64,000 nucleotides of DNA, taken from assembly GCA_030265395.1 (NCBI GenBank), contig JARFYF010000112.1:68280482-68344481 (forward strand), read 5' to 3'. Below are positions 38,801 to 51,289 of the stretch, piece after piece. The position numbers and the translations under genes are program-made. This DNA comes from Rhina ancylostomus (taxonomy: Eukaryota). Positions within the stretch are counted from its first letter, which is position 1. Each line of letters begins with the position of its first letter. Under the pieces are notes generated by a model. The model saw only the letters and a program-made list of their open reading frames with translations, did no database searches and was not told where the DNA came from.

Positions 38801-40949
38801 CTTGTGTATTAAATTTGGAAAATGTGTTATTGTTCTGTAGGGCCAAGGAAGATTCTAATTCTTCATAAGATATTCTGTAAATACTTTAATTTTTTTGTTA
38901 CTAAATTATAAATATATGCTTGGCTCTTTGGAGCACTGCTTTTCTCTTGTAGCTTGAGGCGTTAAAATGTTCAGTCTTATAAAGATAGTGTTGTGCAAAT
39001 TAATCTGTATTGTAAAAAAAAGCATAGAAATAATTATTAAAATAAAATGCTTCACTTTATTATATTAAAGAGTTGTGCTGCTAATATATTGTCAATGAAG
39101 AGGCTCCCAAATTCTGTGAAAATAAAACAAGAATATAATTATTTAAGAAAAACAAGAGCCTCAGTGCCTGATTGCATGTATCTGACTTTTTCTTAATATA
39201 TTAAAAAAACTTTCCCTCAATAGTTAGATATGCTCACCTTTAAACATATTCCAAAGGCTTTGAACTTCACCCAGCATTGAGAAAAACTGCTGCTAAATGT
39301 TGGCAAGAGTTCAGGGATTTTTAAAGTAGGTATATGCATGGAGCAGTGAATCACAAATTGCATACAGATCAGGTTGCCAGTTTCCATTAGCTTATGCCTG
39401 TTAATCACTGTCAGAGGTCATAGTGAAAGAAGAAAATCTTCATCCCCTTCTGCTTGGACTACCGCTAATCAGAGTTCACCAAGGCAAAAGAACGGTGACC
39501 TAGAAATTCAATTGCATAGCACATGGTTTCTAAGTGCGATGCAATTGATTATGCATCATGTAACTTTAAAATGCATGCTTTCATGTGCATAACATGTTTA
39601 TGCACAGAGCTCTGAAAGCATTGACAATTTTGCTCAGACTGAACATTACCATGAGCATGGAAGCAGTTTCTCATCATTCTCCATGGTTGAAAGAGAGGAC
39701 AAATAAATGCTAAGCTTCCAACAATGCCCATTGCCCAAAAGTGATAATGAATAGTGCCACTGTTTACATGTTGCTATTCCCTTACTACTGAATTCCCCTC
39801 TCTGAACAAACCAGCAAAGCTGGAAATGCAATTCAAAATACCAAGTGTATTTATGCTTGCATTCAAGAATAAAACCATTTTGTGTCTGTCCGCCACATTG
39901 TTGTTGTTCTGCTACAGTGGGTGCAGCCAGGCTAGTTGATGGTTCCTCACTTGAAGTGGAGAGGTAACAGGTGGCTGTGATAACTGTCTATCAGTACTTT
40001 GGGGCCTAGTTGGCTTGGTTTCAGACTACACTATCCTGCCATGAATGGCAGCTGATAGGCAACTGCAAGGGAACCATTGGAATACTGGTGGGACCTGAAT
40101 GTTGTCATCCCAAGAGAGGCCAGCAGATTCACATGGAGCTACTGCCACTTGTCAGGGTAGAGCATCAGCTGACCTCACAGCCTGCTGGTGGTTGGATCAT
40201 TGGAATTCCAAGGCAAGCTTTCAGGCAGGCCAGATAAATGTCCAAGTCAGTCCACCTGTGGGCTGCCTGACAGGTATGGTGACCTGAGAATTCAGGGTAA
40301 AATATGCAGCCACAGCCTTTAGCGAGCAGGCATATGTCTTCCTAGATGCAGTCAACTTGTGGCTGGTGATTCAACAGGTGTGGATTTTGTTTCTAAAACA
40401 CTTTCTGTTGCATGTGAAGTGCTCTAAACAATTATCAGAATCAGTGGTGAGCTGTTTTCTTAGTGTTCTGACTCCTAAAACTCTTGCAGCCTGGGCTTGT
40501 ATGAGTGGTGCTTCTTGCCTGGTGCAATATTGCAGTCACAGTGAGGAGAGAGAGACAGGGAAAAGGGTCACACTTGAAACATCCCACTTGTGTAAAGCAG
40601 AATAGTTTGCAGAACGACATGGAGATGAAACATGATGAGGAGGATTGGGTATGAGCAAACTATCCCCTTCAAGAATCTCCGGCTGTGTGCTAGCCACGCC
40701 TTTGTTAGCCTTCTGTCCAAATAACTGCGGCCATGGGCACAGCTGAGACCCTCTCTAGTCTGCTGGTTCAGTCTTACTTTGCAAGCTTCCTTTTGTTGCA
40801 AGGGAGAGAGAAGAGTGTTTGCATATTTCAAAGGGCATGTATGATATTTCTACAATGACTAAGTAGTTGGAAGTGTGTGAATGAGTGTTGGAGTGGTGCT
40901 ATTTCAGTGTGAATGTGGACATGTCGGCAGAGGTGATTTGTTGCCTTTT

Positions 40950-41140
40950 CACTGGCCTTGTTCTTGTGGCACTGGGACTGAGTTCTCAGGACTTCACTAT
41001 AAGACATTTATCTCCAATAGCTGTTTCTTCCTGCTTGCACATCATTTCTGCCATTGGGAACTTCCCTGAAAGTGCTTACCTTTTTCACCAAGCTTTCCAG
41101 GTCTGCTTCGGTGAAATGGTTGCCCAATCTCTGGCGTGGC
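40950..41140 (-). pseudogene. Decayed Myb/SANT-like (trihelix, Harbinger ORF1-type) domain
   Basis: One frame reads RQRLGNHFTEADLESLVKKVSTFREV...SYWR*MSYSEVLRTQSQCHKNK. This fits the F(S/T)..(E/D)L..LV..V...W......RT..QC.K pattern of Harbinger Myb/SANT proteins and contains an in-frame stop. Confidence 0.6.
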
Positions 41141-42252
41141 TGCTCAGAGCTCTCCGCATGGTGCACAACTAGCAGATGGATTCCAGTGGTCTTCTTCTTT
41201 GAGGCATTAGGATTGATATCAGTCAATGCAAGATAGTTACAGCAACCGTGCATGACTTCGGAATCACTTATGTTATTATTATGTTAATAGGTAAAACATA
41301 ACAATTGGTAACAGCAAAGCATACAAATGTTTGAAAGAAGTGCAAACGTGAAAATCCACACACACTCAAAGAAAAGGGCATGTGTTCCTAGACAGCACCA
41401 TTTTAATTCTAGCCCATCAAATTTCATGACAAAGCCACAGTTCAGTCCACAATGTAGGCATCAGGGAAAGACAAGAAAGCATACACTGCTGGGCTGAACT
41501 TCATCCCAAATTACAGTGAGCACAATTCCTCACTTCACACAAAATATCTAGCAAAGAAGCAAGAACAATAGGAAAAGAAAGAAGTCAGGGGTGGGTAGCA
41601 AAAGTAAGTTAGGAGTCCCCTGGAAAGAAGCAATGGCATAGGAACATGGAATACCACAGAGGAAGATTAATGAGAATTGTTAGTGCTTCCAAGGAAGTTA
41701 TGGTTTTTTAAAAACCTTATTATTTTAAACACATTACTTTTGCAGCTATTCATTTAGCTGGATCAGATATATAACTGCTGGTAAAATAACTTCAATGGCA
41801 TGATTAAAGAAAACTACAGCTTTTCCATTGGTTGCCTTCCTGAGGGTTCTATGAAATCTTTATTAGGATCCGTATTTCTTCACATTGGTGTGGTTCAATT
41901 GTTTATATGACAGGATGGGAATAAAGAGATAAAAATTAAACAGAGCTCAGAAAAGTAGACTCCAGAGAGCTAAGGTGAGTAACCTAAAGTTGAGGCCTCA
42001 TTCTACAGCACTAAAGGCCTGAAAGCAGTAGGAGAAAAGCTCAATGATCTCACCCATGTCACAATGACCTGCCATTACTCGAGTGCACCAATTATGTGTG
42101 ATACATATCTGATGTATTTGATCCCTTCACATTGCCTTATGATTCTTTCAGACTTTAGTATGAATACTCATAAAGCTTTGATGTGGTCTTTAAATTCTTA
42201 TTCTCCCTCTGGAAATATATCTTCATTCATCTCCTTAGGTGGATTCAATGTA

Positions 42253-42555
42253 TAAGACAAGATAAGGTTTCTTTATTAGTCACATGTACATCAAAACACA
42301 CAGTGAAATGCATCTTTGCCTAGAATGCTTTGGGGGCAGCCCAAAAGTGTCGCCATGCTTCCGGCGGCAAATATAGCATGTCCACAACTTCCTAACCCAT
42401 ATGTCTTTTGGAATGTGGGAGGAAACCGGAGCACCCAGAGGAAACCCATGCAGTCACAGGGAGAACAAACAAATTCCTTACAGACAATGGCCAGAATTGA
42501 ACCTGGGTTGGTGGCACTGTAATAGCATTACACTAACCACTGCACAAACTGTGCC
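42253..42555 (-). mobile_element. tRNA-derived V-SINE (HE1-like head and V-domain), near full length
   Basis: On the minus strand: A-box-like TGTGCAGTGGTT, B-box GGTTCAATTCT, V-domain-like GTTCTCCCTGTGACTGCATGGGTTTCCTCTGGGTGCTCCGGTTTCCTCCCACA, and tail ...GTACATGTGACTAATAAAGAAACCTTATCTTGTCTTA. Confidence 0.85.
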
Positions 42556-44949
42556 TACCACTAAAAAGTTAACTCCCAGCTAGTCTCCCTGTCATACATT
42601 ATTCCCACACCATGGGAGGGAGGTTGAAAATGGGGAAGTAAGAAGCAGGGAAGCCATCAGTTGAGGGTTTCAGATGGGAGAAATAATTCAGCATGGAAAA
42701 CGGCATCTCAGTTTTCATTTTACCTACTTCTTACCTGTGGAAACTCTGCTACTGTTCAGAAAATATGCAGCAATGATAAAGCAGTATTTTGAAGCTTGTA
42801 CAATCTTTCTTAAAACACTACCATTGTTACAAGATGCACAAGTATGATAATTCTGCTTCTGTGAAGTATAATTTTTTTTGGGGGGGGGTGTGGAGGAGCT
42901 CAAGGGCCAAATACCAAATTGCATATACCACCAAAGGTCAAGAGGTTCAGATTGATGACAGGTTAAATTAAATGGTAAAGGGCAAGTGATTCAACCTGTG
43001 GATTTAAGGGAGGAAAGTAACCAATAAAAGTAGTTTCAGACTTGGATGAAGTGAGTCCAAATCCAACAGAAAATGGGGGGATCCTGAATTTATAAAACCT
43101 TACAGATTATTTGAATGACTGCTGAGAGTTGAACTACTGAGAAATGGTTCAAGGTGGATTTCATGCTGTTTTTTGAAAGTCAGAATATTATATTTCCTCA
43201 AGACAAATGAAATGGGAAATCAGCCAATATCTTTCCAACCAATGGGTATTGAAGTTATTGGCTCTATTTCCCAAAAAAGACAGTGAAGCTAGCCCAATAA
43301 ATAAGATATGTTTCTGCAAAAAGAAAGCAGTTAGGTTTGGCTGATGGACTGCTAAAACAATGTCCTTAAAATGCCTTTGTTCAATGACCACAGCAATATC
43401 ATTAAATTCAAGCAACAAGAGTGACAGACAGATTAGAAAACAGAGATTACCAATTAGAATATGAAATATTACTTGGATCCAGTTTAGGAATGCAAGCAGC
43501 TTCGAAGGGCCAAATGATTTTCTCCCCTACTCCTACTTCTTATATTCTTAGATGCTGGAAAAAGCTTTCTTGGAGCAGTTCAAGATGTTACTTATGACAT
43601 TAATGCTATTGGTTGCATAGTAATCATTTTATACTCACTGTTGAGCAATGTAAGGAATAATACAGCAGCTGCTTTAATGATCAGCATTATAGCATCCATA
43701 ATCTGCAGCTCACCTTTAAATATTCACTGGTTATTGATTCATATAGTTGTGTTAGTGTGGTGCAGCAATGCTAATGTTCACATGATACACTAATGTTGTT
43801 ACTGTGGTGACTTCATGTACAAGTAGCAGGATCTGTACTTGCCTGCTCAGGTAATTAGAGATTGCAATAACAGAGACTTTAGTTAGAGTTCCAGATGGAG
43901 AAGCCATTAACAAAGATGCAAGTACTACAGAAAGTGTTTAGCAGTTTCTGGCCTTAGTGACCCAGGTCTATCAGTAACAAGAAATATAACGTATTTAACT
44001 TGATATTACCTGTCCTTCATTTCTCAGAACTTTACAATTGAATTGCTTATGTACTGCTCAGTCAATAATATGGTTGTCCAGAATTTGCTTTAATTAGAAA
44101 AATAACAAAGTTGGGTGTTCAACATGATAAAATCTTTAGCGAGTCTTGTGGAGATACTTCCCACATCTGGCACAGTTTCAGTAGCAGAGAGCTAAACAGC
44201 CTAATTTAGTGATTTAATTTAGCATATTTTTGGTTTCATAGTAAACTTTAATTTTGTTCAAGTAAAATAGTGCTGCCTTTTTGTGATTAAAACATAGATT
44301 TGCAATGCAAGACTCAATGTAGTATATAGTTTACTGACTCCAAATTCACACAAGCTTTTACAGGAGTGACAGTGTCAAATTTCCAGATACTTATGTTTCC
44401 GCAAAGACTATTACATAGCTCCTGTAATTACTCTCAGACACGATCTAGAGATAATGCTTAATTTAGGTTTTCAAATACATTGAAAAAAAAGTCAGGAAAT
44501 ACATTTGTTTAAATAACTTTTGCTTAAAAGTACATTGCCTGGTACAGCCACTTTAGTATTGTGTAATTGAAAATTGATAATTAACCATGCATTAAGTGAC
44601 AAATGTGTAGCTTGGGAAATTAGGCCCTGCACTCTCTGCTGCAAAGTGCACTGGCACACGTCAGACATTTGATGCGTAGAACACACACAGAGTAGTCATT
44701 CCTTGTACAATGCCATTCACTGCATCTGTGAAACTTAAAGGGATACTCACGCAATTAGTTTTCACCACTATGGTCTGCTGCAGAATTTTTAGGAGGGCTG
44801 TCTGATTCAGTGGTCTTTTGCTATTTGCAGTGACATTGGGTGACGTGCCCTGCCACTTATCTGGATCTCATCTTTGGTCTCTATGTGGTAATCCCACTGA
44901 GTGTTCTACACAAGACGCAGCTACGGATTAGCAACAGAGCCAGGGCAAG

Positions 44950-45820
44950 AACCAAAGGAGAAGGGGAAGAAGGACCCATGTCCAAAGACTCTATCTTTTG
45001 CTCTCTGAGGAGCAATGTATACGGAAGCTAACTCTTCATAATCATTGGAGACAGAGATCTGCAACCTTCTGCCACACACCCATGCCTGGATTGTTCTGTC
45101 TATGGAGGTCAAGGTCACCATCACCCTGAACTTCTTGGGCTTCAGATCATTCCCGACAGTGGCAACTGATCTATGCCACATTTCTGTTTCCTATAGACTG
45201 CTACATTAGGGAAATTTCAATTCAAGAAAGAGTCTTTATTTACTTTTCCTCTGGGAGACATAATGAAGCTGAGCATTCATGCAGATTTGTCAGAAATGAT
45301 TTGCAGAAAAGATTTATGAGGATGTTGCCAGGATTGGAGGGCCTGAGGTATAGAGAGAGGTTGGCCAGGATAGTTCTTTATTCCTTGTAATGTAGGAGAA
45401 TGAGGGGCAACCTTATTGAAGTGTTTTAAATTCTGAGAGGCATAGATAGGGTAACAGTCTTTATCCCAGAGTAGGGAAGTCCAAAGCTAGGGGGCATAGG
45501 TTTGGGGTCAGAGGGGAAAGATTTAAAAGGGACCTGAAGGGCAACTTTTTCTATGCAGAGGGTGGTGGGTATATGGAATAAGCTGCCAGAGGGAGTTGCT
45601 GAGACAGGTACAATAGTATCATTTAAGCAGTACTTGGATAGGTACGTGGAGGCATGGGGCTTAGAGGAATATGGGCCGAACATAGGAAATTGGGTGGGCA
45701 CTGTGGTTGGCATGGACTGGTTGGGCTGAAGGGCCTGTATAAGTCCTGTTTTGCTCTATGACTCTAATTGCCAGCTTCCTGATGGTTCAGGCAGTCATAG
45801 ACTGCTTTCACCTAGCTTTC
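44950..45820 (+). pseudogene. Fossil PIF/Harbinger (HARBI1-like) transposase, interrupted by a CR1 insertion
   Basis: Fragments in the expected order: RRRGRRTHVQRLY (from 44956), LSEEQCIRKL (45001-45030), TEICNLL...VLSMEVKVTITLNFLGFRSFPTVATDLCHIS (45051-45185), CYIRE (45199-45213). After the CR1 comes IASFLMVQAVIDCFHLA (45767-45817), equivalent to AGFP.V.GAIDCTHV with the first catalytic Asp. Confidence 0.8.
45302..45766 (+). mobile_element. CR1 (HER1-like) LINE 3' end
   Basis: QKRFMRMLPGLEGLRYRERL..., then F.QRVVGIWNKLP. The 3' UTR gggctgaagggcctgt ends in a (CTCTATGA)n tail. Confidence 0.9.
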
Positions 45821-46403
45821 ACTGAATGCACAACTTGTCGTCAACCACGAGAAGAAATGTAACAGGTGTGGAAAACATCTTCCACAATAATTTAAGTTTC
45901 CCACCTCCATCTTAATTATCTTTATTTACAAATTGACTTTTCTCATTGGGATTTATTCAAGCCTAATAATCAGTTTCAAAGCGGTAACACAAATAAATGG
46001 CTGTTTTCAGATTTCCCACAGCTGAAGCAATAATTAGTGGAATTCACTTTTCTCAAATGTGTTAAAATAAACCTTCCTCACTAAAAACAGTTGCAACTCA
46101 TAAAAGCAGTTATCAAAGATTCCTTATCAATATCATATTCAAAATAATAATCATGCTTTAACTAACTGCTCCACAGCATTTGATTACTTGGATTTTGATA
46201 CATTTAGAGATACATAGTTCTCTCCAACTTAAAGGTAAAGTTTCATCATAAAATTTTTTTGGATATTGGCTTACTCATGTAATTAAGTAACAAGTGGTGT
46301 TCTGGTGATTTTAAAAGTGTGCAAATGGTACAGTTCAAGATGAAAAACATTATGATGCTGGAGGAACTCAGCAGACCAGGCAGCATCTGAGGAGAAAAGC
46401 AGT

Positions 46404-46441
46404 CAGTCAACGTATTGAGTCAGGACTCTTCTTCAGAACTG
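46404..46441 (-). ncRNA. Degenerate minimal type-I hammerhead ribozyme motif (mirror copy)
   Basis: The minus strand reads CAGTT-CTGAAGA-A-GAGTC-CT-GACTC-AATAC-GTT-GACTG. Confidence 0.55.
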
Positions 46442-46633
46442 AAGATAGGAAAAGGGGAAGCCCAATACATAGGAGGGAAAAGCAGAGTAGTGATTGATGG
46501 ACAAAAGTGGGGAGGTGGGGTAGGCACAACCTTCCTATCAACACTTTGTGCCCACCCCGCCTCCCTTCTTTTGTCCATCAATCACTACTCTGCTTTTCCC
46601 TCCTATATATTGGGCTTCCCCTTTTCCTATCTT

Positions 46634-46671
46634 CAGTTCTGAAGAAGGGTCCTGACCCAAAATGCTGACTG
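46634..46671 (+). ncRNA. Degenerate minimal type-I hammerhead ribozyme motif
   Basis: CAGTT-CTGAAGA-A-GGGTC-CT-GACCC-AAAAT-GCT-GACTG: stem I (CAGTY/GACTG), CUGANGA core and stem II are present. GAAAC and the NUH site are mutated. Confidence 0.55.
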
Positions 46672-49054
46672 CCTGCTTTGCTCCACAGATGCTGCCTGGT
46701 CTGCTGAGTTCCTCCAACATCATAGCGTTTTTCATCTAGATATTCCAGCATCTACAGTCCCTTGTTTTTCTGGTATAGTTCGAGGAGCAGTGGGAGCGGT
46801 CTAGCGTCTAGTCGAAGCTTTATTCATTTTTTTGTACAATAGTTTGCAGTTTATATTTAGGACCATTGATAATATGGACCAATTTGACACCTTGTTTAGT
46901 GCATTTTACATTAAATTAATAGTGCTGCAATCAGACAGACTGCAAAATGCATCAAATGCTGTTTAGCTTCTTACAGAGAAATAAAACAAGCTTAATATTA
47001 CAGCCTACAGGATGTTATGCTGCCTGAATAGAATGGACTGTCTTCATAGACACTCCAGAGTACCTGCACAAATGCACCATGTCTATAATTATCATTAGTT
47101 ACAAAAGATAAGGGCAGAACTGAATATGGTGCAACTGATAATGAATGTAATAGTAGAATGGCTGCAGATTCCCAAGCAATCTACCCGACCCTGCATTTCT
47201 GCTAACCCCAATGGTATCCTGGCTTAAACTCATTCACGTGACATCCTTCCATTACTCCCCTGGAAAATATCCAAACTGTGGGATCTCTGTATCATTAGAA
47301 TTTAACTTAAGTGACTTCAAGAAAAGAACAGAAAAATAGAGAAAAATCCTTCATTAATTTCAAAATTGTACTCTACATCCCTTATGCCAATTTAAATTTT
47401 GAAAGCTTTTGCTGAGCACTATGAGCTTGTACAACAAATTCTCATAAGCAATTTTTCAACAGTGAAAATGGTTACATCAGTGTTTAGTCCATTTCATCAC
47501 ATCCAATATATCCACTGACCTATATATTTTAATGAGCTATATGGGTGTACTAGGTGGATGTTACAGCAGGGAACCAATGATCCTCTCAGTGGCGGGCTCC
47601 TACTGCAAATTTTAAAAGTGCCCATAGGCCGGGATCTCAGGCACTACTGAATGAGCATTGCACTTTTCTGCTCGGGATCATGATATAGTCAGCGTGAAGG
47701 GCTGGAAGAGGGGAGCTTAGTTGGGAGATGGGCATCAGCTGGAGGATGGGTGTTGAGTCAGTAAGGAAGGTTACTGATGGGATAGGGGTTTGGGGAGAGG
47801 TCTTAATGCAGAAATTGGGGCCTGAAAGCAAAATTGATGGACATTGGGAGGTTGCGGCAGAGTTGGGGGAGGTGTGGCAGAAAGCTGAAAATGATAACTT
47901 ACAGGAGTCCTAATCTGGCCTGTTGTCCTTGGAGTCTTTTCTGGAACAGCTATATCAAAGTTCCTCTATACTTCTTCAAAACGAGCATTGGCAAGGAAGT
48001 GGTGTAACCCCCTGTGCAACTGACACAGAAATCACACCAGGAGTCCAAGGGAAGAGCTCAGTAATGTGTCCAAAGAACTGCAAAAGCAGTGTGGAAATAA
48101 TTTTAATGACATTTCATTCCAGGTTAAGTCAATTCTTATTCGTAGAAGAATACAGTGTTATGTGGATGAATTTCTGGTCTACTGTTTTAGATCAAAATGT
48201 CTGAGTATGTTTACATGATTATTGGTCACTCTCCTAAAGCATTACTTACTCACAGAAGTAAAATCTAGTAGATTTTGATGAATTCAGTAGTCTTATCCTG
48301 ACAGTTACTTACACAATAATGGAATGCAACCAACTTACTAAACATTAGACAACATTAAAGTAGCAACAACAGAAGTGACAATTAAGAAACATATGTCATG
48401 AGAAAAGCAGCTTCAAGGCTGTAGGACAATTTATAAGATACACTACAGTGAATTAGGAACTCAAATGCAGTTTCGAGATTTTGGGATGTAGGCTATAATT
48501 AATTCCTGCAAGATGGTCATGATTAGATATTAAATATTCCAGATTATAATGCCTTTAGATAGAACAGAGAAAGTGGAATGGGGTGAAGGGAGGCTTTATT
48601 GATTATATACACTATTGCAACCTTAGTAAGAGAGCATGTAGGAAGGAGAAGCAATCAGTGAAGAAACATACTTAAAACTGATGAATAAGATAGTTCTTAA
48701 CTGTAAATGGGACATCTGAAGGCCCTGTTATCATTACTGAAGTAGCTGCATTACTTTATTCAGAGATTGCAAATAAAGTAAAAATATTTTAGTTGGAGAC
48801 TTTAATTTTCAGAAAAGTTGAGGGGGTACCTCAAGTAAAAATCATATTGAATTTCCTGAACACCATACAAGAGCAGAACCAATGAGAACACAGACCATAT
48901 AGAATGTAGTAATGTGTAGTGAGCCAGATTTAATTAATAATCTATAGTAAGGAAAATAAATCTAGAGGTTTTCATAATATGTATTCCTCAAAATAAAAGT
49001 TGATGTTATTGTGACTTTTCAGGTTTTTGAAAGAAGTTGATGGTTTAGATAGGG

Positions 49055-49260
49055 AATCATAAAACAATACAGCACAAAACAGGCCCTTCTGCCCACCATG
49101 TTATGCCGCCCTTCAAACTAAGACTATCTAACCCCTTCCTCCCACATATCCCTCTCTCTTAAATTCCTCCATGTGCTTATCTAACAATCTCTTGAACTGG
49201 TCCAATGTATCAGCCTTCACCACCACCCCAGGCAGCACATTCCATGCAGCATGGGAACTT
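49055..49260 (-). mobile_element. CR1-like LINE 3' end
   Basis: Minus-strand peptide AAWNVLPGVVVKADTLDQFKRLLDKHME, with the reversed 3' UTR aacaatacagcacaaaacaggcccttc. Confidence 0.85.
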
Positions 49261-49389
49261 TTCCATTTGTNNNNNNNNNNNNNNNNNNNNNNNNNNNNNN
49301 NNNNNNNNNNNNNNNNNNNNNNNNNNNNNNNNNNNNNNNNNNNNNNNNNNNNNNNNNNNNNNNNNNNNNNTTCATCGTCTATAAGGTAC

Positions 49390-49815
49390 ATGTTAGTAAT
49401 GAATATTCTCCACTTGTCTGAATGTCTGCAACTTCAACAATGCTCAAGAAGGTCAATGCCAGGACAAAGCAGATTCGAACCCCAACCACCACCCTAAACG
49501 TCCACTTGCCGATCACTGGCGCGCAGTGACTTCCCTGTCACTCATCTACAAAATGCACTTCAGTTATGCATCAAGGCTACTCAGACAGCACCTCCCAAAC
49601 CAGTGACCACAGAAAGAGAGAATGGTAGCAAACGTGGGAACACCAACATGTGCAGGCTTCCCTCCAAGTCACACACCACCCTGACCTGGAAGTATATCAC
49701 TGTTCCTTCATCAGTGCTGAGACTAAATTCTGGAACTCGCTACCAAATAGAATTGTGGGAGTAGCTTCACCAGAAACCAATGGCAGTTCAGTATGAATCA
49801 ACACTTTCTCAAGGG
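49390..49815 (+). mobile_element. 3' part of the same old LINE family as 880-2760
   Basis: Shared blocks: tctccac.t.tctg, catct.caaaatgca, ggaacacca...gcagg.t.ccctccaag (compare 2430-2720 and 6470-6610). Confidence 0.65.
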
Positions 49816-51289
49816 ATCCTCCAAATGAATAGATAAAAGTGACAGAAATATGATCATATAAAGCATTAAATATTATGAATAAATATATCATTGTTGTCAA
49901 TGTTACAAAAGGTTATTGTTAACTTTTGATCCGATTATGGATGGTGCAGGGAGTGGAATGGAAGGGGAGTATCTCTGGTTATATTATATGGAATGCCCTC
50001 TTTACTCAAACTCAGTCTCTGGAAAATTACTCCCATAGTTCCAGAACTGTCTGGTTATCAATCACCATTACATGAGACAGTGGATTTGACTGAGGATGAC
50101 CCAAAGTTGATATGAAAGCAAGTAGCAGTTAATTATCTGAGACTGCTCAATAGTTCAGCATGACTTTAAAAATGAAAGTAATTATACTGAGAGCCACAGC
50201 TTCAACAACAGAGATAGAAGCAATCTTTTACTGTGGTGTTTTACTAGGTATTGTCAATTGTTAAAGCTCTCTTATAAAGTGAAAAACTCTTATCACTGTA
50301 TAAGCACTGCAAATAGATCAAGAGGGGAAGCAGGAATTAACTCTATAGGGTAGATAACTCTTCAATCCTTGTAATCAAAACCAAATCGCTACATGTTTAT
50401 TGGATAAATTCTGAAACTGTGAGATATATTATGCCTAAAGATAAACACAAAGGTCTGACTGTTATTTTTATACTTGGATACATTTGGAGTTATAAATATA
50501 CATATGCAAACTTTCAACTAAATGACTGTTTTCAGAAACCTAATCTTTCACAGGGTTATGAATGTGCAAAAAAATTACCATAATAGGGCTCTAGATCAGA
50601 CTGTGGCAAGAAGTGGTCTGTTTTCAATTACACTGATTGACTGGGTGATGGATGCATGGGATTTGCCAAGTGCCACAATCAATTGTGCATTGGGGTCACA
50701 TCCCTATAAAAATCAGTCAGTCAGTTTTTCCTACAATGCAACTCCATTTCTCCTCTATTCCCCCCCCCCCCCACCCCACCGTTTCATTTGGAATTGTGGA
50801 GCAGTTTTTAACATTAGTTAAAAGTAACTTTTCTTTGATAAAATGAAAGTTTGGAAATTTCACTGCACTGGAAGGAAATAATGGCGGTGGAAAAATGACT
50901 GCGATGGCAGAGCTCCATTTTCAAGCACTGTATTTTGATGTGGTGGAATAACAACTAAAATAGTTAAAATAAAAGATTACTAGCTGAACCATATGAAAAT
51001 TAGCATACGGTCAATAAGATTAGAGAGTTGACTGTGAGGCTTAAATATCAATGGAAGAAAGAGTTTTCAATTCATGGGACAATTGGCATCTGGACCGTAG
51101 AAAGAGGAAGCTGTTCTGCTGGAATGGACTTCACTTGAATCAGGCTAGGACTGATGGCTTAGTGAATTGGATGAATAATTTGGGCTTGTAGGCATGGCCT
51201 TAAACTAAATAGTGGGAGAGTTCAGGCAAGAAACAATTTAGAAAGTTGAAGAAAAAGCAGAAGACGACAGTGAAGGGAAGCAAAATGTT

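Larger units (their letters stand above)
46338..46770. mobile_element. Penelope pLTR foldback element (192-bp inverted arms, 16-nt spacer) with a likely TSD
   Basis: 46338-46529 is the near-perfect reverse complement of 46546-46737; the ORF track shows the same peptide on both strands. The flanks TGGTACAGTTCAA (46326-46338) and TGGTATAGTTCGA (46771-46783) match at 11/13 positions. Confidence 0.85.

Noticed and set aside
42480-42555. tRNA gene
   Set aside because: A/B boxes are present but no cloverleaf. It continues into a V-domain and tail, so it is a SINE head.
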